Below, piece by piece: positions 26,218-36,900 of a stretch of DNA of 64,000 nucleotides. How positions within the stretch are numbered: the first letter of the stretch is position 1; each line of letters starts with the position of its first letter. This DNA is from Ostreococcus lucimarinus (Eukaryota). The stretch lies in the NCBI GenBank assembly GCA_000092065.1, contig CP000591.1. One strand, given 5' to 3'. The translations under genes were made by a program, and so were the position numbers. The notes under the pieces were generated by a model. That model did no database searches. It was not told the origin of the DNA and saw only the letters and a list, made by a program, of their open reading frames with translations.

Positions 26218-29200
26218 AACGCGTCGTTGGTGCTGGAGAGCGATCGACGCGGGCGACCGCGGGGCGAACCCACGGGCGCGCCGGAGTCGCTCGAGGGAAA
26301 GATCGACGCGTCGCGGTTCGGAGATCGAGCGCGAGGCGGGACGGACGGTGATTTCGCGGAAAAACGGGAGCGAGCGGCGAGACGAAGGGCGGAAAAACGA
26401 GCGAGAGGGGACGCGGGGGAGGCGGAGGCGTTCGGGAAGCGCGGCCGAGCGACGAAGGGGGCGAGCGTTCTGGGAGGGAGTGAGTATGGGTTGTATAAAC
26501 CGAAGACGCGGGAAACGCGGGCGGCGTACGAGGGGTTGTTGAGCGTGTTGCAGGGAGTGTTCGGAGATCAACCGCAGGACGTCATGCGCGGCGCGGCGGA
26601 TGAGGTTTTGGCGGCGCTGAAGGAGGAGGGGAAGACGGAACGCGCGAAACAAAAGGACGTCGAGGCGTTGATGGGGACTTTAACTTCGGAGAGATTCGCG
26701 CAAATTACCGCCATCGGGAAGCTGATCACGGATTTCTCTATTCCAGGTGAAGGTGGCGAAGGCGCGGGCGAGGAGTTGGACGACGACATCGGCGTCGCCG
26801 TGGAGTTTGAAGAGGAAGAAGAGGAAGACTCGGACGTGGACGAGGTGTTAGAGGCGTCCGACGTAGACGACGACGACGAAGGCGACGAAGGCGCGTACGA
26901 CGGCGCCGTGGGCGCGAGAGCAGTCGAGGATGAGTACACGCCGAACGCGGACCACGGGTTGAATCCGGCGGACATCGACGCGCACTGGTTGCAGCGCGCC
27001 ATCTCGAAAGCGTTCGGGTTTACGGACTCTGACGCCGCGGAGAGCTTGAAGCTGTCCGAAGACGTATATCAGGTGTTGTCCACCGAAGATGACCGCGAGT
27101 GCGAAAATGCGCTCGTGTCAATGCTCGATTACGACAAGTTTGATTTGATCAAAGTGCTGTTGAAGAACCGACTCAAGGTGTTTTGGTGCACAAGACTCGC
27201 TCGATCCGCGAGCGAGGAAGAAACCGCGAACATCGAGGCGCAAATGAAAGCCGATCCGGCCGCTGCTGGGATTTTAGCGTCCATGCGCGCGACGCGCGCG
27301 TCCGCACGCGATCGACAGACGGCGACGGAGCAAAAGATTCGCGAAGAGGCTCGCAAGCTTCGCGGCGAAGTCGCGGAGATGCGAACTCAAGGCGGCGCCG
27401 CTGCGGCTGGACGTCAGCTTTTGGAGCTCGACGCGCTTGCCTTCGTGCAAGGTTCGCATTTTATGAGCAACAAGCGATGCGAGCTTCCGCCCGGTTCGTT
27501 TAGAAGCGCCAAAAAGGGTTACGAAGAAGTACACATACCGGCGCTCAAACAGCCACCGTTCAACGACGACGAAGCGCTCCGTGCGATTGAAGAAATGCCA
27601 GAGTGGGCGCAACCTGCGTTTGAGGGCATGAAGACGTTGAATCGCATTCAGAGTCGCGTGTACGAATGCGCATTGCTTTCGCCAGAGAACATGCTTCTCT
27701 GCGCGCCGACGGGCGCGGGTAAGACGAACTGTGCGATGTTGACTATTTTACATGAAGTTGGTCTTCACCGTCGTCGTGACGGGAGCGTCGATACGTCTGC
27801 GTTTAAGATCGTGTATGTTGCGCCGATGAAAGCTCTCGTCGCAGAAATTGTGGGCAACTTGAGTAATCGTTTGAAGACCTTTGGGATCCAAGTGCGAGAA
27901 TTGACGGGCGACGTTTCGCTGAGTAAGGCTGAAATTGAAGCCACGCAAATCATCGTTACCACGCCAGAAAAATGGGATATTATCACTCGAAAGTCTGGTG
28001 ATCGCGTGTACACGCAGCTCGTCAAGCTTATCATCATCGATGAAGTCCATCTCTTGCACGACGACCGCGGTCCCGTGCTCGAATCCATCATCGCGAGAAC
28101 GGTGCGACAAGTTGAGACGACGCAAGAAATGGTCCGTTTAGTCGGTCTTTCTGCAACGCTGCCAAACTTCGAGGACGTTGCGACGTTTATGCGAGTAAAC
28201 CCTGAGAAGGGGTTGCACGTTTTTGACAACTCGTACCGCCCGTGTCCTTTGCAGCAGCAATACATCGGCGTCACGGTGAAGAAGCCGTTGCAGCGAATGC
28301 AACTCATGAATGAAATTTGCTACGAAAAGGTGATGGAAAGTGCGGGCAAGAGTCAAGTACTCGTATTCGTACACAGTCGTAAGGATACGGCGAAAACCGC
28401 GAAAGCTCTTAGAGATTTGGCGATGGAGAACGAGACTCTAGGAAAGTTGATGCGTGACGATTCGGCGAGTCGTGAAATTTTACTCACCGAAGCCGAGACG
28501 GTGAAGAGCTCCGAGCTGCGTGATTTGCTCCCGTACGGGTTCGCCATACACCACGCCGGTATGAGTCGCGCTGATCGTACATTAGTAGAGGAGCTCTTCG
28601 GCGACGGTCACGTGCAAGTGCTCGTCTCCACGGCGACGCTCGCGTGGGGGGTCAACCTGCCCGCGCACACCGTGATCATCAAGGGCACGCAAGTGTACAA
28701 CCCCGAAAAGGGTGGTTGGGACGAGCTTAGTTTCCAAGACGTCATGCAAATGATGGGTCGTGCGGGTCGGCCGCAGTTTGACACGTTCGGCGAAGGTATC
28801 ATCATCACGCAACACTCCGAGTTGCAGTACTACCTGTCGCTGTTCAACCAACAGCTCCCCATCGAATCTCAATTCGTCAAGCAGCTCGCCGACGCTTTGA
28901 ACGCCGAAATTATTCTCGGTACGATTCAAAACGTTCGTGACGCGGTGATTTGGTTAGGGTACACGTATTTGTTTGTTCGCATGTTGCGAAACCCAACGTT
29001 GTATGGCGTGTCGGTGGATGCTGTCGAGGACGACCCCGTGCTCGAACAGCGAAGGTCAGATTTGATTCATACTGCTGCGGCGCAACTAGATAAGAGTGGC
29101 CTTATTCGCTACGATAGGCGAAGCGGTGCATTACAAGGCACTGACTTAGGTAGAATTGCTTCAACGTACTACGTCTCTCATGGCACGCTCATGGCATTCA

Positions 29201-32200
29201 ATCAACACTTGAAGCCTACGATGGGCGACATCGAGCTGTGTCGTCTATTCTCTCTCGCCGAGGAGTTCAAGTATATTAGTGTGCGGGAGGAAGAAAAGAT
29301 GGAGCTGTCAAAGCTCGCTGAGCGAGTGCCAATTCCAGTGAAAGAGTCGATCGAGGAACCGACGGCGAAGATAAACATTCTTCTCCAGGCGTACATCAGT
29401 AACATGCGCCTCGATGGGTTTGCGCTCATGTCCGACATGGTTTACGTGACGCAGAGCGCAGGTCGCATCTTGCGTTGTATTTTCGAAATCGTACTCAAGA
29501 AGGGTTGGTCGCAACTCGCTGAGAAGTCATTGGCGCTGTGTAAGATGTGTGCTCGCAGAACGTGGGCTTCACAAACGCCGCTGCGTCAGTTCTCCGCTAT
29601 ACCTGTGGACGTCTTGCAAAAGATTGAACGAAAAGATTTAGCGTGGGATAGGTATTACGACTTAAGTAGTCAAGAAATTGGCGAGCTTATGCGAGCGCCA
29701 AAGCTCAGTAAGGCTTTGCATAGATTCATTCATCAGGTTCCTCGATTAGAGCTCTCGGCGCACGTGCAGCCGATCACGCGAAGCGTGCTCAAGGTGGATT
29801 TGAACATCCAACCGGACTTCATTTGGGACGAATCTGTACATGGGTACGTCCAGGGCTTCTGGATCATTGTGGAAGATAACGATGGCGAAAATATCTTACA
29901 TCACGAGTACTTCTTACTCAAGGGGCATAACGCGGAAGAAGAGCACGGAGTGTCATTCACGGTGCCTTTGTCCGATCCACTGCCACCGCAGTATTTCATT
30001 CGCGTCGTCAGCGACAATTGGTTGGGAAGCGACACGGTGATTCCGGTTTCGTTCAAGCACTTGATGTTACCCGAGAAGAATCCACCGCCAACGGAGCTTC
30101 TGGACTTGCAGCCCTTACTCGTGAGCACTCTCAAAGCAGATGGCTACGACGAGCTTTACGCCGGTCGGTTCACGCACTTTAACCCGATTCAAACCCAAGT
30201 CTTCCAATGCCTGTACAACACAGATGAAAACGCCCTCGTTGGTGCACCGACGGGGAGCGGGAAGACGGTATGCGCGGAGTTTGCGATCATGCGATCACTT
30301 ATGACGAATCAGGATGGACGTTCCGTGTACATGGCGCCGACGGCGACGCTTGCTGATGAACGATACGACGACTGGAGCTCGAGATTTGGGGCGCTTGGCG
30401 TCTCCGTCACCAAGCTCACGGGTGATACGACGGCGGATCTGAAATTGTTAGAAAAGGGACAAATCGTCATCACCACACCGCAACAGTGGGACGTCATAAG
30501 TCGTCGATGGAAACAGCGAAAGAACGTACAAACGGTGTCGCTGTTTATTGCGGATGAACTTCAGCTCATAGGCGGTTCCAACGGTCCGACGATCGAAGTC
30601 GTCGTCTCGCGTATGCGTTACATGTCGAGTCAACTGGCGAAACCTGTCAGAGTGTTGGGTTTGTGTACCTCGTTAGCAAACGCTCGCGACTTGGGCGAAT
30701 GGATCGGTGCGAGTTCTCACGGCACGTTCAACTTTTCTCCGGGCGTTCGCCCAGTGCCACTCGAGATCCACTTCCAAGGCGTAGATATCATCAACTTTGA
30801 GGCGCGAATGCAGGCCATGGCGAGACCAGTGTATGGGGCGATTGCGAATCATTGTCGTCGATCGGAGCCGTCGATTGTCTTCGTGCCTACGCGTAAGCAC
30901 GCGAAGTTGGCGTCTCTCGACTTGCTCGCGTTTGCCGCTGCGGAGGGCGAGCCGGGTCGGTTCTTACAAGTTGAAGAAGGTGATCTCGAGCCTTACTTGG
31001 CGCAAATATCTGATGAGTCTGTACGCCATGCCCTGACGTTTGGCGTCGCGCTTATTCACGAAGCCATGAGCGAAAAGGAGCGAAAGGTTGTCGAACGAGT
31101 GTTCGCCGTCGGTGCGGCGTCTGTGCTCGTCGCCACTGCGCCCCTGGCTTGGGGACTCACGACTCCCTGCAAGCTCGTGGTCATCATGGGGACGCAGTAC
31201 TACGACGCCGGGGGTGCTGGTGCGGCGGATTATCCAGTGACGGATCTTCTTCAAATGATGGGCCGTGCATCCAGACCTGGCATCGACGATGCCGGTGTGT
31301 GTTTACTCTTGTGTCACGCGCCGAGGAAGGAATACTACAAGAAGTTCCTCTTCGAACCGTTCCCTGTCGAGTCGCACCTCGATCACTTCTTGCACGATCC
31401 CATGGTGGCTGAAATTGTCACGCGCACGATCGAAACGAAGCAAGACGCCGTGGACTACATCACGTGGAGCTTCTACTACAGGCGACTGACGCAGAACCCG
31501 AACTACTACAATCTCACCGGCGTTTCGCACCGCCATCTTTCCGACGCTCTTTCCGAGCTCGTCGAAACGACTTTGGGTGACTTGGAGGCGAGCAAATGTA
31601 TCAGCATCGAGGACGATATGGATTGCGCTCCACTGAACCTCGGGATGATTTCCGCGTACTACTACATCACGTACACGACGATTGAACTCTTCGCCGCTTC
31701 GCTCACGGCGAAGACCAAACTGAAGGGTTTACTTGAAATCGTTGCCGGTGCGACTGAATTCGAGTCCTTTGCCGTCAGACCGGGCGAGGCAGATATGCTT
31801 CGACGCATACTCAACCACGCGCCGATCACGTTATCAAGCAATAAAACCACGGATCCGCATGTCAAGGTCGCCGCTCTTCTCCAGGCATACTTTGGCCGAA
31901 CGAGCATTCACGGCGACTTTACGCAAGACTTGCAAAAGATTTTGCCCGACGCAACGCGCCTGCTCCAAGCTATGGTCGATGTCATCTCATCTAACGGATG
32001 GCTCGGCCCCGCGCTCGCCGCGATGGAGCTTTCGCAAATGATGGTGCAAGGCATGTGGGACAAAGACCCAGCAGTGATGCAGTTGCCGCACATCGACCAA
32101 GAGACCGGCGAGCGATGTGTCACGGCTGGCATCGAGGGTGTCTACGACTTGATCGATATGGAAGATGACGCGAGGCGCGATATTTTACAACTCAGCGATG

Positions 32201-32625
32201 AGCAGCTCGAAGACGTGGCGGAAGCAGCGAATCGTTACCCGAGCATTGAAGTAGCATTCGACGTCACTGACCCCGACGACGTCACCGCGGGCGACGCAGT
32301 GGAGATCGTCGTCAACCTCGAGCGCGAGATCGAGGGCGAAATCGGTCCAGTTTTTGCGCCGCGATATCCAGGGCGAAAGGAAGAAGCTTGGTGGCTCGTC
32401 GTCGGTGACGTGAGAAAAGGCACCTTGCACGCTATTAAGCGCATCACGCTCGGCAAGAGGCAAAAAGTCAAGCTCGAGTTCGCGGCGCCGGAACAAGTGG
32501 GCAAGGCGGACTTGACTTTGTACTTTATGTGCGATTCCTACCTCGGATGTGATCAGGAGTACGAATTTACCCTCGACGTCAAGGAGGGAGAGGACGAGAG
32601 CGATGACGACGCGATGAAACCGTGA
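26218..32625 (+). CDS. BRR2: U5 snRNP 200 kDa helicase BRR2, exon 2 (two Ski2-like helicase + Sec63 cassettes)
   Basis: It aligns with BRR2 along its whole length: 'YKPKTRETRAAYEGLL', 'CAPTGAGKTN', 'DEVHLLHDDRGPVLE', the second cassette 'GAPTGSGKT' and the C-terminal Sec63 region. Confidence 0.92.
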   Translation, partial: NASLVLESDRRGRPRGEPTGAPESLEGKIDASRFGDRARGGTDGDFAEKRERAARRRAEKRARGDAGEAEAFGKRGRATKGASVLGGSEYGLYKPKTRETRAAYEGLLSVLQGVFGDQPQDVMRGAADEVLAALKEEGKTERAKQKDVEALMGTLTSERFAQITAIGKLITDFSIPGEGGEGAGEELDDDIGVAVEFEEEEEEDSDVDEVLEASDVDDDDEGDEGAYDGAVGARAVEDEYTPNADHGLNPADIDAHWLQRAISKAFGFTDSDAAESLKLSEDVYQVLSTEDDRECENALVSMLDYDKFDLIKVLLKNRLKVFWCTRLARSASEEETANIEAQMKADPAAAGILASMRATRASARDRQTATEQKIREEARKLRGEVAEMRTQGGAAAAGRQLLELDALAFVQGSHFMSNKRCELPPGSFRSAKKGYEEVHIPALKQPPFNDDEALRAIEEMPEWAQPAFEGMKTLNRIQSRVYECALLSPENMLLCAPTGAGKTNCAMLTILHEVGLHRRRDGSVDTSAFKIVYVAPMKALVAEIVGNLSNRLKTFGIQVRELTGDVSLSKAEIEATQIIVTTPEKWDIITRKSGDRVYTQLVKLIIIDEVHLLHDDRGPVLESIIARTVRQVETTQEMVRLVGLSATLPNFEDVATFMRVNPEKGLHVFDNSYRPCPLQQQYIGVTVKKPLQRMQLMNEICYEKVMESAGKSQVLVFVHSRKDTAKTAKALRDLAMENETLGKLMRDDSASREILLTEAETVKSSELRDLLPYGFAIHHAGMSRADRTLVEELFGDGHVQVLVSTATLAWGVNLPAHTVIIKGTQVYNPEKGGWDELSFQDVMQMMGRAGRPQFDTFGEGIIITQHSELQYYLSLFNQQLPIESQFVKQLADALNAEIILGTIQNVRDAVIWLGYTYLFVRMLRNPTLYGVSVDAVEDDPVLEQRRSDLIHTAAAQLDKSGLIRYDRRSGALQGTDLGRIASTYYVSHGTLMAFNQHLKPTMGDIELCRLFSLAEEFKYISVREEEKMELSKLAERVPIPVKESIEEPTAKINILLQAYISNMRLDGFALMSDMVYVTQSAGRILRCIFEIVLKKGWSQLAEKSLALCKMCARRTWASQTPLRQFSAIPVDVLQKIERKDLAWDRYYDLSSQEIGELMRAPKLSKALHRFIHQVPRLELSAHVQPITRSVLKVDLNIQPDFIWDESVHGYVQGFWIIVEDNDGENILHHEYFLLKGHNAEEEHGVSFTVPLSDPLPPQYFIRVVSDNWLGSDTVIPVSFKHLMLPEKNPPPTELLDLQPLLVSTLKADGYDELYAGRFTHFNPIQTQVFQCLYNTDENALVGAPTGSGKTVCAEFAIMRSLMTNQDGRSVYMAPTATLADERYDDWSSRFGALGVSVTKLTGDTTADLKLLEKGQIVITTPQQWDVISRRWKQRKNVQTVSLFIADELQLIGGSNGPTIEVVVSRMRYMSSQLAKPVRVLGLCTSLANARDLGEWIGASSHGTFNFSPGVRPVPLEIHFQGVDIINFEARMQAMARPVYGAIANHCRRSEPSIVFVPTRKHAKLASLDLLAFAAAEGEPGRFLQVEEGDLEPYLAQISDESVRHALTFGVALIHEAMSEKERKVVERVFAVGAASVLVATAPLAWGLTTPCKLVVIMGTQYYDAGGAGAADYPVTDLLQMMGRASRPGIDDAGVCLLLCHAPRKEYYKKFLFEPFPVESHLDHFLHDPMVAEIVTRTIETKQDAVDYITWSFYYRRLTQNPNYYNLTGVSHRHLSDALSELVETTLGDLEASKCISIEDDMDCAPLNLGMISAYYYITYTTIELFAASLTAKTKLKGLLEIVAGATEFESFAVRPGEADMLRRILNHAPITLSSNKTTDPHVKVAALLQAYFGRTSIHGDFTQDLQKILPDATRLLQAMVDVISSNGWLGPALAAMELSQMMVQGMWDKDPAVMQLPHIDQETGERCVTAGIEGVYDLIDMEDDARRDILQLSDEQLEDVAEAANRYPSIEVAFDVTDPDDVTAGDAVEIVVNLEREIEGEIGPVFAPRYPGRKEEAWWLVVGDVRKGTLHAIKRITLGKRQKVKLEFAAPEQVGKADLTLYFMCDSYLGCDQEYEFTLDVKEGEDESDDDAMKP

Positions 32626-32764
32626 TGGAAACACTGAAAAAAATACTGTCGAGCAGCGCCGTGCTAGCGGACGCACCAAAAGTTGTCAACACATGCAAAA
32701 CTTTAGTCATTACTGTTCTCACTACGACTACGCTACGACGCTAATAATACAACACACGGAGCAA

Positions 32765-34111
32765 TTAAACGAGCACCGGACGCAGGAGCGCGCCGAGCCG
32801 AACGGAAGCAATGTGGGTCGCCGAGGCGACGCCGCGTGAACGCGCGGCGCGGTTCGACGGCGATTGAGCGCGCGCAACGACGGATACGCCGCAGGTTCGC
32901 GCGCGATCTCCACGGGCGCGCATAGCCGGACGCCGTGCATCGATGCCAACTCTCATCGATCGTCGTGGGTCGAAGCACGAGGCGATGACGCCACTAGCGC
33001 GTTTTGTGGCGCCGCCCGCGCTGCGGTCCGCGCGGCGCACCAAGGCGCCGAATCCGAGCGTCGCCGCGCCGAACGCGGCGAGATTCGGCGCTAACGCCAC
33101 GGGATTGGCGAACGACACGTGCGCGAGGACGGCGATCATCGCGCCAGACACTAGATTTGCGTAGTTAACCAACGTCGCCGCGAACGGGACGTTCAACGCG
33201 AATTCCATCGCGTACGTGACGGTGAGCAAAGGCAACGGCGACAGCATCGCCATCAACGCCACCGCTGACCCGATCGAACCCAGCGTGCCGCCCATGGTGT
33301 ATAAAACTGCGCTCGCGCACAGCATGGAAGCCCCGTAACGGCGCGCTAACGCGCACACCATGTCCCGCGCTTCATCCCTCGCCATGTTCGGCTGGAACAA
33401 AATCCCGAGCGCGAGCAAAGCCGCGGGCTTGTTCGCGCCGGCCAAAAACGCCAAAAACCCATCAATCGCTGGCGGAAATCCTCCGTCGCCCCACACCGCG
33501 CGATAACACAGCGTTACGAAACACGCCAACAGACACGGATTCCTCGCTTGCTTGACCATCGAACGTCGCATCGATTCCAGAATCTTCGTCGTCGATCCGT
33601 CCTTTGCCGCCTCGCCCGCGCCGTCCACGTCGATTTTCGAGCATCTCCACGTGTATATCGCGTGCGCCACGATCAACAAAAACACTTGATTCGTCGCGTC
33701 GAACACGACGATCAGTTCCAGCGCCTTCGCTCCGTACAATATCTCCGCCAACGGGTACGCAAAGTTCCCCAGATTCAACCCGACCGCCGCGCCGCTCACC
33801 AACGCCTCGCGCGACCGTCGCGACATCTCGATCAACGCGTCTCCCGACGACCGCGCGTTCGCGCCCCGCATCGCGCGCGTCGTCGTCAGCGACACCAGCA
33901 CGCACGCGCATCCGAACGCGCATCCCGCGAGCGCGACGCACCGCGCGCTCGCATCCATTCGCGCCGTCGCGAACGTCCGCGCCATGACGGCCGGAAGCGT
34001 CGAGCTGAATATGATCACGCACAGCGACCGTCCGTCGCGCTCGGTGACGTAGCCCAGGTGCCGCAGCGCCGCGCCGAACGCGACCGCGCTCGCGGCGACC
34101 GCGAGCGACAT
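32765..34111 (-). CDS. Mem_trans family permease (auxin efflux carrier / PIN-LIKES-like)
   Basis: About 10 TM helices in two halves around a hydrophilic loop, starting in a TM helix 'MSLAVAASAVAFGAALRHLGYV'. ATG at 34111; the R/P-rich extension up to 34573 would overlap the neighbouring divergent gene and is discounted. Confidence 0.55.
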   Translation of the reverse strand: MSLAVAASAVAFGAALRHLGYVTERDGRSLCVIIFSSTLPAVMARTFATARMDASARCVALAGCAFGCACVLVSLTTTRAMRGANARSSGDALIEMSRRSREALVSGAAVGLNLGNFAYPLAEILYGAKALELIVVFDATNQVFLLIVAHAIYTWRCSKIDVDGAGEAAKDGSTTKILESMRRSMVKQARNPCLLACFVTLCYRAVWGDGGFPPAIDGFLAFLAGANKPAALLALGILFQPNMARDEARDMVCALARRYGASMLCASAVLYTMGGTLGSIGSAVALMAMLSPLPLLTVTYAMEFALNVPFAATLVNYANLVSGAMIAVLAHVSFANPVALAPNLAAFGAATLGFGALVRRADRSAGGATKRASGVIASCFDPRRSMRVGIDARRPAMRARGDRARTCGVSVVARAQSPSNRAARSRGVASATHIASVRLGALLRPVLV

Positions 34112-34316
34112 GCCGCGCCGCCGTCGCGCGTCGGCGTGTGCGAGGCGTTCGCACCGCAGAACGCGACGCCGCGGCGCGCGCGACGACGATCGACGCCGCG
34201 CGCGAGAGAGAGAGACGCCGCGGGGGCGTCGTCGCGCGCGAGAGCGACCGCGCGCGCGATCGGCGGCGCGCGCGCGACGTCGCGGGCGATCGAGGGCGCC
34301 AACACTATAAAACGTC

Positions 34317-36134
34317 ATGGAGAACGCGGCGCTGCGCGATGCGCGCGCGGTGACGCACGGAGCGGCGTCGGCGAGCGCGGACGTTGAAATCGGTGATGAT
34401 GGATGCGCGATCGCGGGCGGGCGCGCGCGAGAGACGCGCGCGGGAGGACGCGGGGGGTGGTTGACGGCCGGCGCGTGCGCGGCGGCGTGCGGGCTGGGCG
34501 TCGCGCTCGCGATGGCGGGATCGCGAAATGGTGACGAGACGGGCGGACGCGGCGTGATCGCGCGCGAGGACATCGATGTGCGACGTTTCGTGGCGGTGCC
34601 GATGCTCGGATCGAAGAGGGGACGCCGGGGGACGTCGTCGAAGCGCGGCGACGACGACGACGACGCGCCGGGGCTCGGGATCGATGGTGACGACGACGTC
34701 CCGCCGTTCGCGGCGAATACGGGATATTTTGCCTACGAGGAATGGTTCAAAAAATTCACGCATGGGAAGAGCCCTGGGGAAAGTAAGCGCGAACTCGCGG
34801 GCGCGGCGGCGGCGACGCCGATTCAAGAGAGCGCGCATCGCGGCGTCGTCGATTCGGATGGTTGGAAGACGATTCGAGACGATTTGAGGCACGCTGGCGG
34901 TAAACGTAAGTTATTGCTACTTCTGCGCCACGGCCAGGCGACGCATAACGCGTGGGGTGATACTGTCGACGAAGAGTTGGAGACGCTGCCGTGCACGTGG
35001 CGAGACCATGGTGACTTACTCGATCCGTCGCTCACGGATCGCGGCGTAGAGCAAGCTTTGACGACGCGTGCCTCGCTCACGACGAGAGATGGGTTCTTTA
35101 AGGCGATTCGAGGCGGCTCAGACAAAAAGGATAGAATTCGCGTGGCTTCGTCGCCGCTCTCACGAGCGATGGAAACCGCCATCATCGTCACGTCTGGCGT
35201 CGATCACATCTCGCGTCCGATTGCTGTCACGGACTACTTGCGCGAGCGCATCGAACTCAACGCCCCGTTTGAAGTTCGCCGACCGATCTCCATAGACGAG
35301 GGCGAAGACTCGGACGCGTCGAAGTTGATCAAGAATTCCCACGCGCACGGATGCAAATTCCACAAAGGTTTGCGCGAGCTCTACGGCGACGACGCATTCA
35401 TGCTCAACGTAGAGACGCATCACAAGCATCACTCGGATTGTAGGGTCGACAAGACGACTCCGCTGTCGTACACGCACTGCGGCGGCCTCACGCTCACGCA
35501 CGAGGCCGATTTGGAGTTGGGTGACGAGAGGGAGGAGAACATCATCGCAATGATGAATCGCGTGAAAGTCGTCCTCGCCAACGTCTTCGACAGGTACGAC
35601 GAAGAAGTGGTCATGCTCGTCACGCATTCCGACTTTATCATTTCGGCGTTGATGGAGTTATATCCCGACACGCTCGGTTTTGTACCACAAAACGGCGAAG
35701 TGGTACCCATCGTCGTCGAGGACCGCCGAACGAATCATTTGCCTGAGGCGCACGCCACGGACGATGACGCGAGTGAAACGGCGTCGAAAGCCAAGACAAA
35801 ATCAAAGGCTGCGGTCGGTGAGGCGGATCACAACAGGAAGCACGCCAAAAGCGAAGACGAAGAAACAGAAGATCGCACGGCGCGTGGGAAGAAGTCGATG
35901 CGAGCGAAGGCTTCGACGGGCGACGAAATCGTCGTAGATTCAGATTCTTCCGGTCCGGCGGCGACGATCAAATACTTCGATGACGACGATCAGACGGCGA
36001 AAGAATCCGCCACGCGGCACAAATCTAGAAAGCGTGAAGCTTCTCTCGGGAATGATTTGTCCCGTCGCGTCGAGGAATCGCTAAAAAATTTCCACAAACA
36101 ATTTGAGCGCTCTGCGGACCTCGGTAGTGAATAG
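34317..36134 (+). CDS. histidine phosphatase superfamily (phosphoglycerate-mutase-like) protein with N-terminal TM helix and long charged C-terminus
   Basis: Branch-1 histidine phosphatase 'RHG' motif in 'LLLLRHGQATHNAWGD'. Downstream 'SSPLSRAMETA' and 'VTHSDFIISALMEL' fit the fold. Confidence 0.65.
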   Translation: MENAALRDARAVTHGAASASADVEIGDDGCAIAGGRARETRAGGRGGWLTAGACAAACGLGVALAMAGSRNGDETGGRGVIAREDIDVRRFVAVPMLGSKRGRRGTSSKRGDDDDDAPGLGIDGDDDVPPFAANTGYFAYEEWFKKFTHGKSPGESKRELAGAAAATPIQESAHRGVVDSDGWKTIRDDLRHAGGKRKLLLLLRHGQATHNAWGDTVDEELETLPCTWRDHGDLLDPSLTDRGVEQALTTRASLTTRDGFFKAIRGGSDKKDRIRVASSPLSRAMETAIIVTSGVDHISRPIAVTDYLRERIELNAPFEVRRPISIDEGEDSDASKLIKNSHAHGCKFHKGLRELYGDDAFMLNVETHHKHHSDCRVDKTTPLSYTHCGGLTLTHEADLELGDEREENIIAMMNRVKVVLANVFDRYDEEVVMLVTHSDFIISALMELYPDTLGFVPQNGEVVPIVVEDRRTNHLPEAHATDDDASETASKAKTKSKAAVGEADHNRKHAKSEDEETEDRTARGKKSMRAKASTGDEIVVDSDSSGPAATIKYFDDDDQTAKESATRHKSRKREASLGNDLSRRVEESLKNFHKQFERSADLGSE

Positions 36135-36178
36135 AATCTAACAATCTACAGTAGCGTTACAAGTGCGTGTAATCACGA

Positions 36179-36793
36179 CTAGTCATGACGTTCTCTTGAT
36201 TCCAACTGCGCCTGCACCAACGCTCGCATATCGTCCAACACGCGTCGCTCCTTTGCCGCGCGTTCCTCCTTGCTCAACGCCGCCAGCGCCGCCTTTTCCT
36301 CAGCCGAGTACACCTGCGCTTCCTTCCGCATCCGTACCGCGTTCATCCTCGAGTGCCGGCTTCCCGACATCACGTATCCTAAGTTTTCGAACCGTTCAAT
36401 CTGATCCGTCTTTAATCCAATCTCTCCTCGTCGCGGGATGCGTTCGCCCGCCGCCGCGAATCGTCCCATGGCTTCGCCTTCGCCGGCGAGCAAATGTTTC
36501 CCGTGATTGATCGCGTCGCGATCGACTTCGAACGACTCGGGAGGGGGAGGGGGTCCGATAAGTGCCTCCCCGGCGTCGAGCGCTTCGCGTTCGGCGCGCT
36601 CGGCGGCGCGTCGGACGGATTCCAGTCGCTCGTGTCGCTTTTTGAGAAATTGCTTAAACCTGTGCGTTTGGTCGCCGTCTGCGGCGTCGCGCGAGCGACT
36701 GCGCGAGCGCGAAGACGACGACGACGTCGAGGCGTCGCGTTTCGAGCGTTTCGAACGCTCGTCGGCGCGACCGCGGGGGTCGGGAGACGGCAT
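36179..36793 (-). CDS. NKAP: NKAP-like protein (RS-rich N-terminus + conserved NKAP C-terminal domain)
   Basis: '[64 protein letters not shown]' matches the NKAP C-terminal domain consensus (...[32 protein letters not shown]..RE...L). Confidence 0.7.
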   Translation of the reverse strand: [204 protein letters not shown]

Positions 36794-36900
36794 GCGCGCA
36801 GGACTAGGTCTGAGGGACGAGCGAAGCGACGCGCGGCGTGTTGCGCGTGCGAGTGTGTGTGAATGTGAGATAGAAATACACGCGTTGATATCACTCGACG

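Noticed and set aside
25317-26351. 344-aa + ORF
   Set aside because: Only 25908-25973 of it is real coding (BRR2 exon 1). The remainder is intron plus out-of-frame exon 2 sequence.
33548-34387. 279-aa + ORF antisense to the permease
   Set aside because: Arg-rich low-complexity antisense frame.
34112-34573. 154-aa N-terminal extension of the Mem_trans permease from ATG 34573
   Set aside because: Pro/Arg/Ala-rich with no TM or conserved content. It would overlap the divergent PGAM-like gene (start 34317). Permeases of this family begin directly with a TM helix, as at Met 34111.
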